Assembly (NCBI GenBank): GCA_016188865.1
Contig: JACPGX010000002.1
Location: 2,398-66,397, forward strand
Direction of reading: 5' to 3'
DNA: 64,000 nucleotides
Source: Candidatus Nealsonbacteria bacterium
GTDB lineage: Bacteria > Patescibacteriota > Minisyncoccia > Minisyncoccales > MHMH01
Shown piece by piece: positions 50,819 to 60,990 of the stretch. How positions within the stretch are numbered: position 1 is the first letter of the stretch; the number at the start of each line of letters is the position of its first letter. Position numbers and translations under genes: made by a program. A model generated the notes under the pieces. It searched no databases. It had not been told where the DNA came from and was given only the letters and a program-made list of their open reading frames with translations.

Positions 50819-51409
50819 ATGGCTGTCGGCAGAGTAGAATTCGAGAAAAAACTTAAAGAAAAAATAGATTTAACGCCAAGGGAATTTCAACTGATAATGC
50901 TTGCGTACAAGCTTGCCAAATACGGCCATGGCCACAAAGGCCAAATGCGTGATGACGGGAAAATCCGTTATTTTGAACATCCCAAAGCAGTAGCCCTTAT
51001 ATTAATCGAAGAAAATACGCGGTTTATCGTGGTTAAGCCATGGCAGATTGTCGCAGCTTTGCTGCACGATATTAAAGAGAATACTTTCATTCTATCGTGG
51101 AAAGATATCGAATTGATTTTTGGCAAACGAGTTAGAAAAAGCGTGAGAATTATGACTAAAGACGAGGTATTTCGTGGCGAAGTCTATTTCAAAAGGCTAT
51201 CTATGGCTTCATCGGAAGATATAGATAACAAACTTGCTGACCGCCTCCACAATATGCGCACTCTCGGTGATTGCTCTTCGGAAAAACAAAAAGAATATCT
51301 CAAAGAAACTGTTGATTTTTATCTGCCTCTGGCAAAAAAACGCAACGGTTATCTCTATTTCTTGTTAGAACAAGAATGCAAAAAATACGCCAACAAAGAA
51401 CTGCCCTAA
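50819..51409 (+). CDS. HD-domain protein, SpoT/Mesh1-like (p)ppGpp hydrolase family
   Basis: HKGQMRDDGKIRYFEHPKAVA and ALLHDIKENT motifs. Confidence 0.65.
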   Translation: MAVGRVEFEKKLKEKIDLTPREFQLIMLAYKLAKYGHGHKGQMRDDGKIRYFEHPKAVALILIEENTRFIVVKPWQIVAALLHDIKENTFILSWKDIELIFGKRVRKSVRIMTKDEVFRGEVYFKRLSMASSEDIDNKLADRLHNMRTLGDCSSEKQKEYLKETVDFYLPLAKKRNGYLYFLLEQECKKYANKELP

Positions 51410-51460
51410 ACAGTTCTTTTTATTTACAAAACCCCTCGGAAAACATATAATAATTAGGTT

Positions 51461-53017
51461 ATGAATACTGCCGAAATAATGATTATGGAAATTATGAAAA
51501 ACCGGCTGAAAACTCCGGAGGATTTGGCATCTGTAAAAAGGAAAATGTCAAAAAAATACAAAGTCCCCTGTCCCAGCAATATTAAACTGTTAGAAACTTA
51601 CCGTAAAATGCTTGAGAATAAAAAAATTAAAAAAACTCCGCTGATTGAAAAATTACTGCGAACCCGGCCGGTAAGATCGCTTTCCGGCATTGTAAACATT
51701 TCGGTTTTAACCAAACCCTACCCTTGCCCCGGAAAATGTATTTATTGTCCCACCGAAAAAGGCATTCCCAAAAGCTATGTCTCCGGAGAACCAGCCGTAG
51801 AAAGAGCAAAAAAATTAAATTTTGACCCCTATTTACAGGTAAAAAAAAGAATTGAAACCTTGGAAATGGAAGGCCACCCTACGGATAAAATAGAGCTGCG
51901 CATAGTTGGTGGAACATGGTCTTATTACCCAAAAAAATACCAGGAATGGTTCATCAAGCGCTGCTTTGAATCTTGCAATAATGGTCGGACGTCGGGTTTC
52001 CGACCAACTCAGAGGTTCAATGAGCGAGCTCGGCACCGTATTGTCGGACTATCTATAGAAACTAGACCAGACTTTATAAATCTCGGCGAGATTAAATGGC
52101 TTAGAGAACTTGGCGTAACAATGGTTGAGCTGGGGGTTCAATCAATTTACGACGATGTTTTAAAATTCAATAATCGCGGCCATGGGGTGAAGGAGATAAG
52201 CGAGGCCACCAAACTCTTAAAAAATGCTGGCTTCAAAATCCTTTATCAAATGATGCCCAATCTGCCCGGCTCAACTTCAACTCGTGATTTAAAAATGTTC
52301 GGAGAACTGTCCTCTGATTTTCGATTTAAGCCAGATTTATTAAAAATATATCCGTGTGCTTTAGTTAAAGGAGCGCCGCTTTACAAATTATGGAAAAATA
52401 AAAAATATAAACCGTATACTGAAAAACAACTAATAAATTTAGTGAAATCAATCAAAAAAATCATCCCCTATTATGTGAGGATACAAAGAATCACCAGAGA
52501 CATTCCTTCTCATAGCATAGCGGCCGGGCCTGCAAAAATATCAAATTTACGGCAAATAGTTTCCGGTAATTGTAAGTGCATCCGCTGCCGGGAAGTGGGG
52601 GCAAATTACGATCCCAAGGAAAAATTATATTTATTCCGCCAAGATTACAACGCCTCCGGCGGCAAGGAGATTTTTTTATCTTTTGAAAACAAAAATCGAA
52701 GCAAACTTTACTCCCTACTCCGCCTTCGTCTATGTAACGGGTCGTACCAGTTACATGGGGCAGTTATCCGGGAGCTTCACACTTACGGCCAATCGCTAGA
52801 GGTCTGGCATCCCTCCAAATTTGGGGGAGGTCGGACCTCTCCCTCTCCGCAACACAAGGGATTGGGGAGAAAACTCATCAAAGAGGCGGAAAAAATCTCC
52901 GAAAAAGAATTCGGCTTTAATAAAATTACGGTAATTTCCGGTATCGGCGCAAGAGATTACTATCGAAAACTCGGCTATAGACTGGAAAATACTTATATGG
53001 TAAAAAAATTAAGATAG
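51461..53017 (+). CDS. elp3: Elp3-like radical SAM plus GNAT tRNA-modification enzyme
   Basis: Radical-SAM cluster motif CPGKCIYCP, ELGVQS, and a C-terminal GNAT region (QHKGLGRKLIKEAEKI). Confidence 0.85.
   Translation: MNTAEIMIMEIMKNRLKTPEDLASVKRKMSKKYKVPCPSNIKLLETYRKMLENKKIKKTPLIEKLLRTRPVRSLSGIVNISVLTKPYPCPGKCIYCPTEKGIPKSYVSGEPAVERAKKLNFDPYLQVKKRIETLEMEGHPTDKIELRIVGGTWSYYPKKYQEWFIKRCFESCNNGRTSGFRPTQRFNERARHRIVGLSIETRPDFINLGEIKWLRELGVTMVELGVQSIYDDVLKFNNRGHGVKEISEATKLLKNAGFKILYQMMPNLPGSTSTRDLKMFGELSSDFRFKPDLLKIYPCALVKGAPLYKLWKNKKYKPYTEKQLINLVKSIKKIIPYYVRIQRITRDIPSHSIAAGPAKISNLRQIVSGNCKCIRCREVGANYDPKEKLYLFRQDYNASGGKEIFLSFENKNRSKLYSLLRLRLCNGSYQLHGAVIRELHTYGQSLEVWHPSKFGGGRTSPSPQHKGLGRKLIKEAEKISEKEFGFNKITVISGIGARDYYRKLGYRLENTYMVKKLR
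51983..52005. repeat. Short GGTCGGA...TCCGACC hairpin inside elp3 (possible degraded palindromic element)
   Basis: GGTCGGACGTCGGGTTTCCGACC encodes NGRTSGFRPT. It shares the GRTS reading with other copies. Confidence 0.45.
52799..52840. repeat. Palindromic element (left arm degenerate), in-frame inside elp3
   Basis: GAGGTCTGGCATCCCTCCAAATTTGGGGGAGGTCGGACCTCT. Encodes LEVWHPSKFGGGRTS in the linker before the GNAT motif. Confidence 0.7.
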
Positions 53018-53041
53018 CACCTTGCCATAAAGGAGGCTGTG

Positions 53042-53896
53042 ATGAAAGAGATAAAGACTGTCGGAGTGGTTGGGGCTGGCACAATGGGCCAGGGTATTGC
53101 TCAAATTTGCGGCCAAAAGGGCTTTGTTACGCTTATCCATGATATTGACCGCACCAGGCTCATAAAAGGATCTAATAATATAACAGAAAATCTATACAAG
53201 CTGCGCGACAAAGGCAAAATTACTCAAGAAGAGTGGAACGCCATGGCTGGCAGAATGTATGTTGCTTACGATTTAGAAAACTTAAAAACTGCTGATTTGG
53301 TTATTGAAGCTATTGTCGAAAAGGAAGCGGCGAAAATGGCTTTGTATAAACAATTGAGTGTAATTTGCCCGGAAAAAACAATTTTTGCCACAAACACCTC
53401 ATCAATCTCAATCACCAAACTGGCGAACGCTACAAAAAGGCCAGAAAAATTTATCGGCATTCATTTTATGAATCCTGCGACGATAATGCCGCTGATCGAA
53501 GTCATCAAGGGCTTGCGTACATCGGAAGAAACATTGCAAGCTGCCATGGATTTTTGCAGAAAACTTGATAAAACGCCTCTTTTATCCAACGACTCGCCCG
53601 GGTTCATTGTCAATAGAATCTTAATGCCGATGATTAATGAAGCAATTTTTGCTTTCCAGGAAGAAGTGGCTGATGCTAAAACCATAGATGAAGCAATGAA
53701 ATTGGGCACTAATCAAAAAATGGGGCCGCTGGAACTAGCTGATTTTATCGGACTGGATATTTGTTTGGCCATAATGGAAACTCTCTATCGTGATCTTAAT
53801 AATCCTAAATATCAACCGTGCCCGCTTCTTAGGAAATATGTTGCTGACGGATTCTTGGGCAGAAAAACTGGAAAAGGATTTTATGAATATAAATAA
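53042..53896 (+). CDS. hbd: 3-hydroxybutyryl-CoA / 3-hydroxyacyl-CoA dehydrogenase
   Basis: [18 protein letters not shown]-binding motif, HFMNPA, and GFIVNRIL. Confidence 0.9.
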   Translation: MKEIKTVGVVGAGTMGQGIAQICGQKGFVTLIHDIDRTRLIKGSNNITENLYKLRDKGKITQEEWNAMAGRMYVAYDLENLKTADLVIEAIVEKEAAKMALYKQLSVICPEKTIFATNTSSISITKLANATKRPEKFIGIHFMNPATIMPLIEVIKGLRTSEETLQAAMDFCRKLDKTPLLSNDSPGFIVNRILMPMINEAIFAFQEEVADAKTIDEAMKLGTNQKMGPLELADFIGLDICLAIMETLYRDLNNPKYQPCPLLRKYVADGFLGRKTGKGFYEYK

Positions 53897-53936
53897 AAAT
53901 AGAAAAGGAGTGATTTTTCAATCACTCCTTTTTTGT

Positions 53937-55103
53937 TTATTCGTTTCCAAAAGCAGAAATGCCGGTAATATCTTTTCCAATAATCAAGAGATGGATATTA
54001 TGCGTTCCTTCGTAAGTAGAAACTGCTTCCAAGTTCATCATATGCCTGACAATTCTGTGATCCAGATGAATGCCATTGGCTCCCAGTAAATCTCTGGCAT
54101 CCCGGGCGATTTTCAGGGCGTGATAAACATTATTCATTTTAGCCATTGATATTTGCTGATGGCGCTCCTTGCCCTCATCCTCCAATCTGCCTAATTGAAG
54201 CGCCAATAATTGACCCTTGGTAATTTCAGTAAGCATTTCTACCAGACTTTTTTGAACCAGCTGAAATGACGCTATGGGTTTGCCAAATTGCTTTCTTTGT
54301 TTGGTGTAATTCAAGGCTATTTCATAACATTCAATAGCTGCCCCTAAAGCTCCCCAGGCAATACCGTAACGAGCTTCATTCAAACACATTAGGATAGCTT
54401 TTAATCCTTCAGCTTTGGGCAGCATATTCTTTTCAGGGACGGCGACATTATCCAAAATCAACTCCGAAGTGACTGAAGCTCTTAAAGACATCTTGCCTTT
54501 GATATCAACAGCCGAAAATCCTTCCATGCCTTTTTCCACCAAAAAACCCCTTATGCCTTTTTGAGTTTTTGCCCAGACAATAGCCACATCGGCAATACTG
54601 CCATTGGTAATCCACATTTTAGTTCCGTTGAGAATATAGTTCTCCCCGTCTTTTTTAGCCGTGGTTTTCATGCTGGCGGGATCGGAACCAGCGTCAGGCT
54701 CGGTTAAGCCAAAACAGCCGATTTTTTCTCCTGAAGCCAGTTTTGGCAGCCAAAAATTTTTCTGTTCTTCAGAACCAAAAGTTTCAATCGGATACATCAC
54801 TAAAGAATTAGTCACGGAAACAAAACTTCGCAATCCGCTGTCGCCTCTTTCTAATTCTTGGCAAACCAGTCCGTAAACCATATTACTGGCTCCCGGACAG
54901 CCGTAGCCTTGAGTTTTTATTCCCAAAAGGCCAAGCTGGGCAAGCTGCGGGATAATCTCCCTTGGAAAGCGATCTTTCTCAAAACAGTCCTTAATAATTG
55001 GCAGATAATTTTTACCTACCCACTTCTGCACTTCATCTCTTATATTTTTTTCATCTTCAGAAAGCGAATCATTTATTCCATAGTAATCAGTCGCCATTCG
55101 CAC
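53937..55103 (-). CDS. Acyl-CoA dehydrogenase (glutaryl-CoA dehydrogenase-like)
   Basis: CFGLTEPDAGSD, the ACAD middle beta-domain, and C-terminal YEGTHNIH. Confidence 0.85.
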   Translation of the reverse strand: MRMATDYYGINDSLSEDEKNIRDEVQKWVGKNYLPIIKDCFEKDRFPREIIPQLAQLGLLGIKTQGYGCPGASNMVYGLVCQELERGDSGLRSFVSVTNSLVMYPIETFGSEEQKNFWLPKLASGEKIGCFGLTEPDAGSDPASMKTTAKKDGENYILNGTKMWITNGSIADVAIVWAKTQKGIRGFLVEKGMEGFSAVDIKGKMSLRASVTSELILDNVAVPEKNMLPKAEGLKAILMCLNEARYGIAWGALGAAIECYEIALNYTKQRKQFGKPIASFQLVQKSLVEMLTEITKGQLLALQLGRLEDEGKERHQQISMAKMNNVYHALKIARDARDLLGANGIHLDHRIVRHMMNLEAVSTYEGTHNIHLLIIGKDITGISAFGNE

Positions 55104-55174
55104 GCCTCCTTAATTTTCAAATTACAAATCTTTCTTATCTTATATAAATTAAAAGAAAAGTCAACCCAGATGAC

Positions 55175-56431
55175 TTATGTTCCTTCCTGCCAACTGGATA
55201 GGTATTTTTTTTGTTCCTCGGTTAGTTCGTCGATCGTAATATCCATAGCTTCCAGCTGAAGTTTGGCGATAAAATCATCTAATTCTTCCGGCAGCATAAT
55301 AACATCTGTCGGTAATTTTCCCTTACTCTTAACTAAATATTCAACCGAAAGCGCTTGGCCGCAAAATGAAGTGGACATTACTTCTGAGGGGTGGCCTTCG
55401 GCAGCAGCCAAATTGACTAATCTGCCTTCGCCGGCAACAAAAATCTTCTTTCCCTGCACCATATATTCATCTAAAGAAGGCCGAACCCGCCTTACAGATT
55501 CCGATATTTTCTTTAATCCCTTGAGATCTATTTCCACGTCAAAGTGCCCGGAATTGGCAAGAATGACTCCGTCTTTCATAACTTGCATATGTTCAGACCT
55601 GACAACATTAAGATCGCCTGTTAGCGTTATAAATATATCGCCGATTTTAGCCGCTTCCTCCATGGGAAGCACCCTAAAGCCGTCGTAAGCTGCCTGAAGC
55701 GCTGGAAAATTCGCCACTTCTGTTACGATAACGTTTGCTCCCATGCCCTTCGCTCTCATTGCCGCCCCCTTGCCGCAGCTTCCATAGCCGGCAATAACCA
55801 CATTTTTTCCGGCCACTAAAATATTAGACGATCTTATAATCCCATCCCAGGTTGATTGGCCTGTGCCATAATAATTATCCAATAAATGCTTAGTTTTATT
55901 ATCATTAACGGCAATTATCGGGTATTTTAAAGCGCCGTCTTTTTTCATGGCTTTTAATCTTACTATGCCGGTGGTTGTTTCTTCGCAGCCGCCGATAATT
56001 TGCGGAATCAAATTTTCATGCTTCTTATGAATTTCCGAAACCAAATCCATGCCGTCATCAATGGTAATGTGCGGTTTAAAATCAATCACGTATTCTAAAT
56101 AGCGATAATAATCTTCGGTTGTTTCTCCCTTATATGCCCAAACATTGACGCCATCTGACGCCAAGGCGGCTGCTACATCGTCTTGAGTGCTTAAGGGGTT
56201 ACACCCGGTAATAGCCACTTGGGCGCCGCCAGCCATAAGAGTTTTAACTAAAACAGCGGTTTCTTTAGTAACATGAAGGGCCAGACCCACTCTTATGCCC
56301 TGAAGCGGCTTTTCTTTTTCAAAGCGTTTCTTTATTTTCATCAAGGCACCCATATGCATCTCTGCTAATTCTATATTTAATTTTCCCTGCTCGGCTAATT
56401 TTATATCTTTTACTTCGTGCATAAATATCAA
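55175..56431 (-). CDS. ahcY: Adenosylhomocysteinase
   Basis: ALHVTKETAVLVKTL, CNPLSTQDDVAAAL, and the NAD motif GYGSCGKG. Confidence 0.95.
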   Translation of the reverse strand: MIFMHEVKDIKLAEQGKLNIELAEMHMGALMKIKKRFEKEKPLQGIRVGLALHVTKETAVLVKTLMAGGAQVAITGCNPLSTQDDVAAALASDGVNVWAYKGETTEDYYRYLEYVIDFKPHITIDDGMDLVSEIHKKHENLIPQIIGGCEETTTGIVRLKAMKKDGALKYPIIAVNDNKTKHLLDNYYGTGQSTWDGIIRSSNILVAGKNVVIAGYGSCGKGAAMRAKGMGANVIVTEVANFPALQAAYDGFRVLPMEEAAKIGDIFITLTGDLNVVRSEHMQVMKDGVILANSGHFDVEIDLKGLKKISESVRRVRPSLDEYMVQGKKIFVAGEGRLVNLAAAEGHPSEVMSTSFCGQALSVEYLVKSKGKLPTDVIMLPEELDDFIAKLQLEAMDITIDELTEEQKKYLSSWQEGT

Positions 56432-57000
56432 ATTCCGATAATTTTAAAAGCCTCGCTGGCCCTCGTCTCCACCGCCCCCCTTAATTCGTGATGCTTTATA
56501 TCATGCAAATGCAAAAATTTATCAATTCGATTGGAAATTTCTTCTATTTTGTCGGTATAAAGACGAACGCCGTCTTTTTCTGCGGGAATTTCCGGCGGAA
56601 GAAAAAACACGAAATCGTAGCTGTTTATATCGCCTTTAATCTCCTGCCAGAGTTTATTTTCAATCTTTTTCAGTATCTCTGCTTCTCTTTTATCAATAAC
56701 ACCGTCATTTAAAAAATGAAAGTAAACATGGGAAAGAAAAGCCGGCACATCGCAAACAACAAATTCAGGATTACTGCTACAAGCAGTTTTCTCTTTTTCT
56801 TTTTGCCCCTTAACTATTAAAAGCTGATCTTCCGGGCCTTTTATGCCTCCTTTCTCAACGATAAAATCTCTGGCAAACTCGCTCACAAATTCGGCCGTAT
56901 AATTTTTCTTTGCTAATTCCTCCGTCAAATATTTAGCCAAGGTGCTTTTTCCAGTGCTGGGCCCGCCTACAAAACAAATTTTCTTCGGCTTTGCATCCAT
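56428..57000 (-). CDS. P-loop ATPase/kinase (NadR-type ribosylnicotinamide-kinase-like)
   Basis: Walker A: GGPSTGKSTLAKYL. Size and layout of a small nucleoside/nucleotide kinase. Confidence 0.5.
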   Translation of the reverse strand: MDAKPKKICFVGGPSTGKSTLAKYLTEELAKKNYTAEFVSEFARDFIVEKGGIKGPEDQLLIVKGQKEKEKTACSSNPEFVVCDVPAFLSHVYFHFLNDGVIDKREAEILKKIENKLWQEIKGDINSYDFVFFLPPEIPAEKDGVRLYTDKIEEISNRIDKFLHLHDIKHHELRGAVETRASEAFKIIGI

Positions 57001-57049
57001 TACTTTATTCTAACAAAAAAAGCCGCCATAAGCGACCGCCGAAATATCC

Positions 57050-57093
57050 GGAGATCCGATCTCCTCTCAAATTTGAGTGGAGATCGGATCTCC
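57050..57093. repeat. 44-nt palindromic element, intergenic copy in inverted orientation with compensatory arm substitutions
   Basis: GGAGATCCGATCTCC-TCTCAAATTTGAGT-GGAGATCGGATCTCC. Confidence 0.9.
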
Positions 57094-57099
57094 CGAATA

Positions 57100-58044
57100 T
57101 TAAATTCGTTTTACTCTGATTAGTCCTGAACAGGGAATAATTTCAATGCCCTGTTTTTCTAATTCATCTAAAAATAGATTCACTCCGATAGAATCTGAAG
57201 AAATGTGTCCGGCAATAACAATATTAATATTGGCGGTTTCCGCTTCTTTTTTATGTTCTTCGGAAACATGCATGCCAACTACGGTGCCGATGCCCGCCTG
57301 CGCCATTTTTTCATAAAGCTTGGGCGAGCCCTCTGTGCCGCCGGTAAGTTCGGTTAAGGCTATTTTTCCGCAACGGCTTTCCGGAGAACCAACAAAAATC
57401 TTGGGGCCTGCCCCGATTCTCATAGCCTCTTTATATTCCGGGACTTCTTTAAGTAATTTCATCAAATCATCGATTCTTTCCACTTTTGCCGAATCGATTT
57501 TATCTTTTAAAAATTTGGCTACTAAATTATCGCAAGGAGTGTGGGCATTCATCAAATTAAAACCTAAAAGTTTGGCGGCGTCTACCGTTCTTTGATGATT
57601 TTTAGCGTTAATTCCTCTGGCTACTTCTGATATCTTTTCCCGCATCAAACCCTCGGCCACATTTATCGGCACGCCGTATAAACTGAAAATTTCGCACTGC
57701 ATATCCATCACCTCGTGAAGATTGGCCAGCCCCTTGCCCAAAGGATGATGGGCGATAATCAAATCAATGCCGCCCAATTCTTTGGCAATCAAAATTTCAG
57801 CCGGCTCAATATCTATGCCAACCAAAACTTTTTTAATTTCTTTGTCATCGGCAATATTATAAATCCTGGAGTCCAAATAGGGATTTTCCAATGCTTCTTT
57901 GTCAAATTCTTCTTTTTTTGCTGCAGCTAGATTGTCATATTGCTCCTTTTTTCTGCTTAAAAGTTTCTCTACGGCTTCTCTTCCCCGCAAATCAGAATCA
58001 ATGCCCATTTTTATCGCCAAATTGTATATGTCTTGTGTTCGCAT
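57100..58044 (-). CDS. NIF3 (DUF34) family dinuclear-metal-centre protein
   Basis: DLIIAHHPL and NAHTPCDN motifs. Confidence 0.7.
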   Translation of the reverse strand: MRTQDIYNLAIKMGIDSDLRGREAVEKLLSRKKEQYDNLAAAKKEEFDKEALENPYLDSRIYNIADDKEIKKVLVGIDIEPAEILIAKELGGIDLIIAHHPLGKGLANLHEVMDMQCEIFSLYGVPINVAEGLMREKISEVARGINAKNHQRTVDAAKLLGFNLMNAHTPCDNLVAKFLKDKIDSAKVERIDDLMKLLKEVPEYKEAMRIGAGPKIFVGSPESRCGKIALTELTGGTEGSPKLYEKMAQAGIGTVVGMHVSEEHKKEAETANINIVIAGHISSDSIGVNLFLDELEKQGIEIIPCSGLIRVKRI

Positions 58045-58048
58045 AATT

Positions 58049-59494
58049 TTATTCTCCTTTGATGACGGCTAATGGCACTAATCTTGCCACTTTCTTGGAT
58101 AGTCCTGCATTATGGACGACATCCACTACGCTGTCAACATCTTTATACGCTAAAGGTGCTTCTTCGGCAATGCCCCGATAACTCCAGTATTTTACGATAA
58201 TGCCTTTTTTCTCCAATTCTTTAACTACTTGTTCTCCCGATACACGCCTCATTGCTTCATGCCGCGACATCATGCGGCCAGCGCCATGGCAAGAAGAAAA
58301 CCAAGAATCTTTGCCCGAATCCTGACCGACCAATATATAAGAAGCGGTGCCCATGGAGCCCGGTATTAAAACCGGCTGGCCAACCGACTGATATTTCAGG
58401 GGAATTTCTGGATGCCCGGGTGGAAAAGCACGAGTAGCGCCTTTCCTGTGAACTATTAATTTTATATTTTGACCGCTGATATTATGCTCTTCAATTTTAG
58501 CTATATTATGCGCAACATCATAGAGCGAAATGAGTCGAGAACCGTTCTCGCCCAAGATTGATTCCCAAGCCTTGCGCACAAAGTGGGTAATCATCTGACG
58601 ATTGGCCCAAGCGTAGTTCGCTCCGGCGCACATTGCAGAAAAATATCTTTTACCTTCAAGAGAATTAATGGGGCAAGCGGCTAATTCCCTATCGGGCAAT
58701 CTAATGCCGTATTTTGGCATAGCTTGCATCATCACTCTAATGTAATCGGTGGCAATTTGATGACCCAGGCCCCGAGAGCCGGTATGAATCATTACAACGA
58801 CCTGATCTTTAAATAATCCGAAAACTTCGGCAACTTTTTCATCAAAAATTTCTTCAACTTTTTGAACTTCCGAAAAATGATTTCCGGAGCCTAGGGTGCC
58901 TACCTGGTCTCTCCCGCGATTTTTAGCATGATCGGAAACCAAAGAAGCATCGGCTTGAAGCAGTTGACCGCTTGACTCGCAATTTTCCAAATCTTCAGAT
59001 TGACCATAGCCTTGCTCCACTACTCTTTTGGCTCCGCCTTCTAAAATTTTATCCACCTCGGCAATACTTAATTTTATCTGCCTTCCCTTGCCTAAACCCG
59101 AGGGCACTTCTTTTTGAATTTCCGTGGCAATTTTATCTAAATGAGGCCTTAAATCTTTCTCGGAATAATCTGATTTTAAAAGCTTCATCCCACAGTTGAT
59201 ATCGTAGCCGACTCCGCCGGGTGAAATCACACCATCGGCTGTCCGCATTGCCGCTACGCCTCCAATGGGAAATCCATAGCCTTCGTGCATATCGGGCATA
59301 GCCATTGAATAATTTACCACTCCGGGCAAGGTGGCGACGTTTATTAATTGTTCGAGTGATCTGTCTTTAAAAGTGTCCTCCAGCATTTCTTCCGAGATAT
59401 AAGCTCGAGCCGGCACTTTCATGTCTGGCCTGAAACCCCTTGGTATCTCCCATAGCCAATCTGTATTTTTTTTAAAATCTTTTTTATTCAACAT
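58049..59494 (-). CDS. rtcB: RNA-splicing ligase RtcB
   Basis: GGVGYDINCG, HTGSRGLGHQ and SCHGAGR motifs. Confidence 0.95.
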   Translation of the reverse strand: MLNKKDFKKNTDWLWEIPRGFRPDMKVPARAYISEEMLEDTFKDRSLEQLINVATLPGVVNYSMAMPDMHEGYGFPIGGVAAMRTADGVISPGGVGYDINCGMKLLKSDYSEKDLRPHLDKIATEIQKEVPSGLGKGRQIKLSIAEVDKILEGGAKRVVEQGYGQSEDLENCESSGQLLQADASLVSDHAKNRGRDQVGTLGSGNHFSEVQKVEEIFDEKVAEVFGLFKDQVVVMIHTGSRGLGHQIATDYIRVMMQAMPKYGIRLPDRELAACPINSLEGKRYFSAMCAGANYAWANRQMITHFVRKAWESILGENGSRLISLYDVAHNIAKIEEHNISGQNIKLIVHRKGATRAFPPGHPEIPLKYQSVGQPVLIPGSMGTASYILVGQDSGKDSWFSSCHGAGRMMSRHEAMRRVSGEQVVKELEKKGIIVKYWSYRGIAEEAPLAYKDVDSVVDVVHNAGLSKKVARLVPLAVIKGE

Positions 59495-59556
59495 ATTAAA
59501 TTTTTATCATCTTATTATTAGATTAACATAAAGGTTTCCAAAACAAAAAGTCTCGC

Positions 59557-60963
59557 TTATGGCGAGACTTTTATTTGCATCTTTGGCTTCCAATAGCCGA
59601 TTTTAAATAAAACAATCAGGCTCAAGCCATAAAAAATCATACCGATTAGAATGGCAATCCACACGCCATTAATTCCTAATCCCCAGTATTTAGGGAGAAG
59701 AAATGCCAGCCCCAGCTGAAGTACTATCGCAATCCAATAAATTAGCATGGGCGTCTTAGTGTCCTTGGCGCCGGCAAAAGCTCTTTGTAAAATTTGTCCT
59801 GCGGCAAAAAAAACATAACCCAAACCACAAAGAGTGGTAATGCGAAAATAAGTAATGCCAATAGTTAAAATTTCCCGATCCTTGCTAAAAATGCCGATAA
59901 TCTGACCGGCAAAGATAAAAAATATTAAGCCCAAAATCCCCAAAATTCCGACATTAATTCCAGAAATTATCCAACCGCTTTTTTCTGCCCGCCTAATATC
60001 TCCGACTCCAAGATTATTTGAAACGGTAATTGCAGTAGTTTTACCAAAATCCACCCCCAGCATAGAAGCATAACCTAAAAATCGTTGGCCAATCGAAGAA
60101 GCGGTAAGAACCTGCGTCCCAAAAGACGCAACGATAGCCAGCATAGCCATGCCGGCGATCGTTCTGGTTAACCCCTCTAACGTATCAAAGCCGGCAATCG
60201 CAATAATTTCTTTTATCGTCTTGAATTTAATCTTGAAATCACGCCACTTCCTGAGGTCAATCTTAATAAAAAGCCTGCCGCTTGCCAGCATAAAAAATCC
60301 AATCAAAGCGCCGATTGTCGTTGCGCCAGCTAAACTTAGTCCGGCTCCCACCACTCCCATTTCGGGAAATCCTAAATTGCCGGAAATTAACAAAGAATCG
60401 AAAACACTGCGTAAAACAAAAATCAAGCCCGTAAAAACCGCTGGCCTTAACATATCTCTAGTAGATCTAATCATGTCACCAATCGGCCAAAACAGGAAAG
60501 AAATTACGCCACCGATTAAATTGATCCTTAAGTAACTTACGGCAAGAGAGCTTACTTCCGATTCTGCCCCAAAAAATCGTATCAGAATTGGAGCAAAAAA
60601 ATATCCAAAAATTGCCAATAAAACAGAGGTGAAAAAGGTAAAGGCTAAAATTTGCTTGACTAGCCTATCTAAACCGGGCTGATCCGCCCGATTAAAACTC
60701 CCCACTAAGCCAACTGTCGCCGTAATAATCCCCACAATCGGCACCATCATCACCATAAGGGAAATCTCCCCGATGGCTACTGCGGCGATAGCCCTCTCGC
60801 CGATCTTCGATAACCAAAAAAGATTGAGCAAATTAACAACAATCCCGAGGCCTGTCACGATCCACAAAGTGGCGGTCATCGACAGGGCATTTTTGAAAAT
60901 GCTCCCCTGGGTCGGATCTCTTTCCCTAAAAATATTAGGGATATTCATTCGACTCGCCTCCAA
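59557..60963 (-). CDS. MATE family efflux transporter
   Basis: 468 aa with 12 TM segments and MATE-like internal duplication. Confidence 0.75.
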   Translation of the reverse strand: MEASRMNIPNIFRERDPTQGSIFKNALSMTATLWIVTGLGIVVNLLNLFWLSKIGERAIAAVAIGEISLMVMMVPIVGIITATVGLVGSFNRADQPGLDRLVKQILAFTFFTSVLLAIFGYFFAPILIRFFGAESEVSSLAVSYLRINLIGGVISFLFWPIGDMIRSTRDMLRPAVFTGLIFVLRSVFDSLLISGNLGFPEMGVVGAGLSLAGATTIGALIGFFMLASGRLFIKIDLRKWRDFKIKFKTIKEIIAIAGFDTLEGLTRTIAGMAMLAIVASFGTQVLTASSIGQRFLGYASMLGVDFGKTTAITVSNNLGVGDIRRAEKSGWIISGINVGILGILGLIFFIFAGQIIGIFSKDREILTIGITYFRITTLCGLGYVFFAAGQILQRAFAGAKDTKTPMLIYWIAIVLQLGLAFLLPKYWGLGINGVWIAILIGMIFYGLSLIVLFKIGYWKPKMQIKVSP

Positions 60964-60990
60964 TTTAAGTTGTTTTCAATGAACTATATA

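Noticed and set aside
60895-60925. GGGTCGGATCTC inside the MATE gene as another palindromic-element remnant
   Set aside because: It is only a 10-12 nt partial match to one arm, with no partner arm or AAATTTG centre. It cannot be distinguished from chance.
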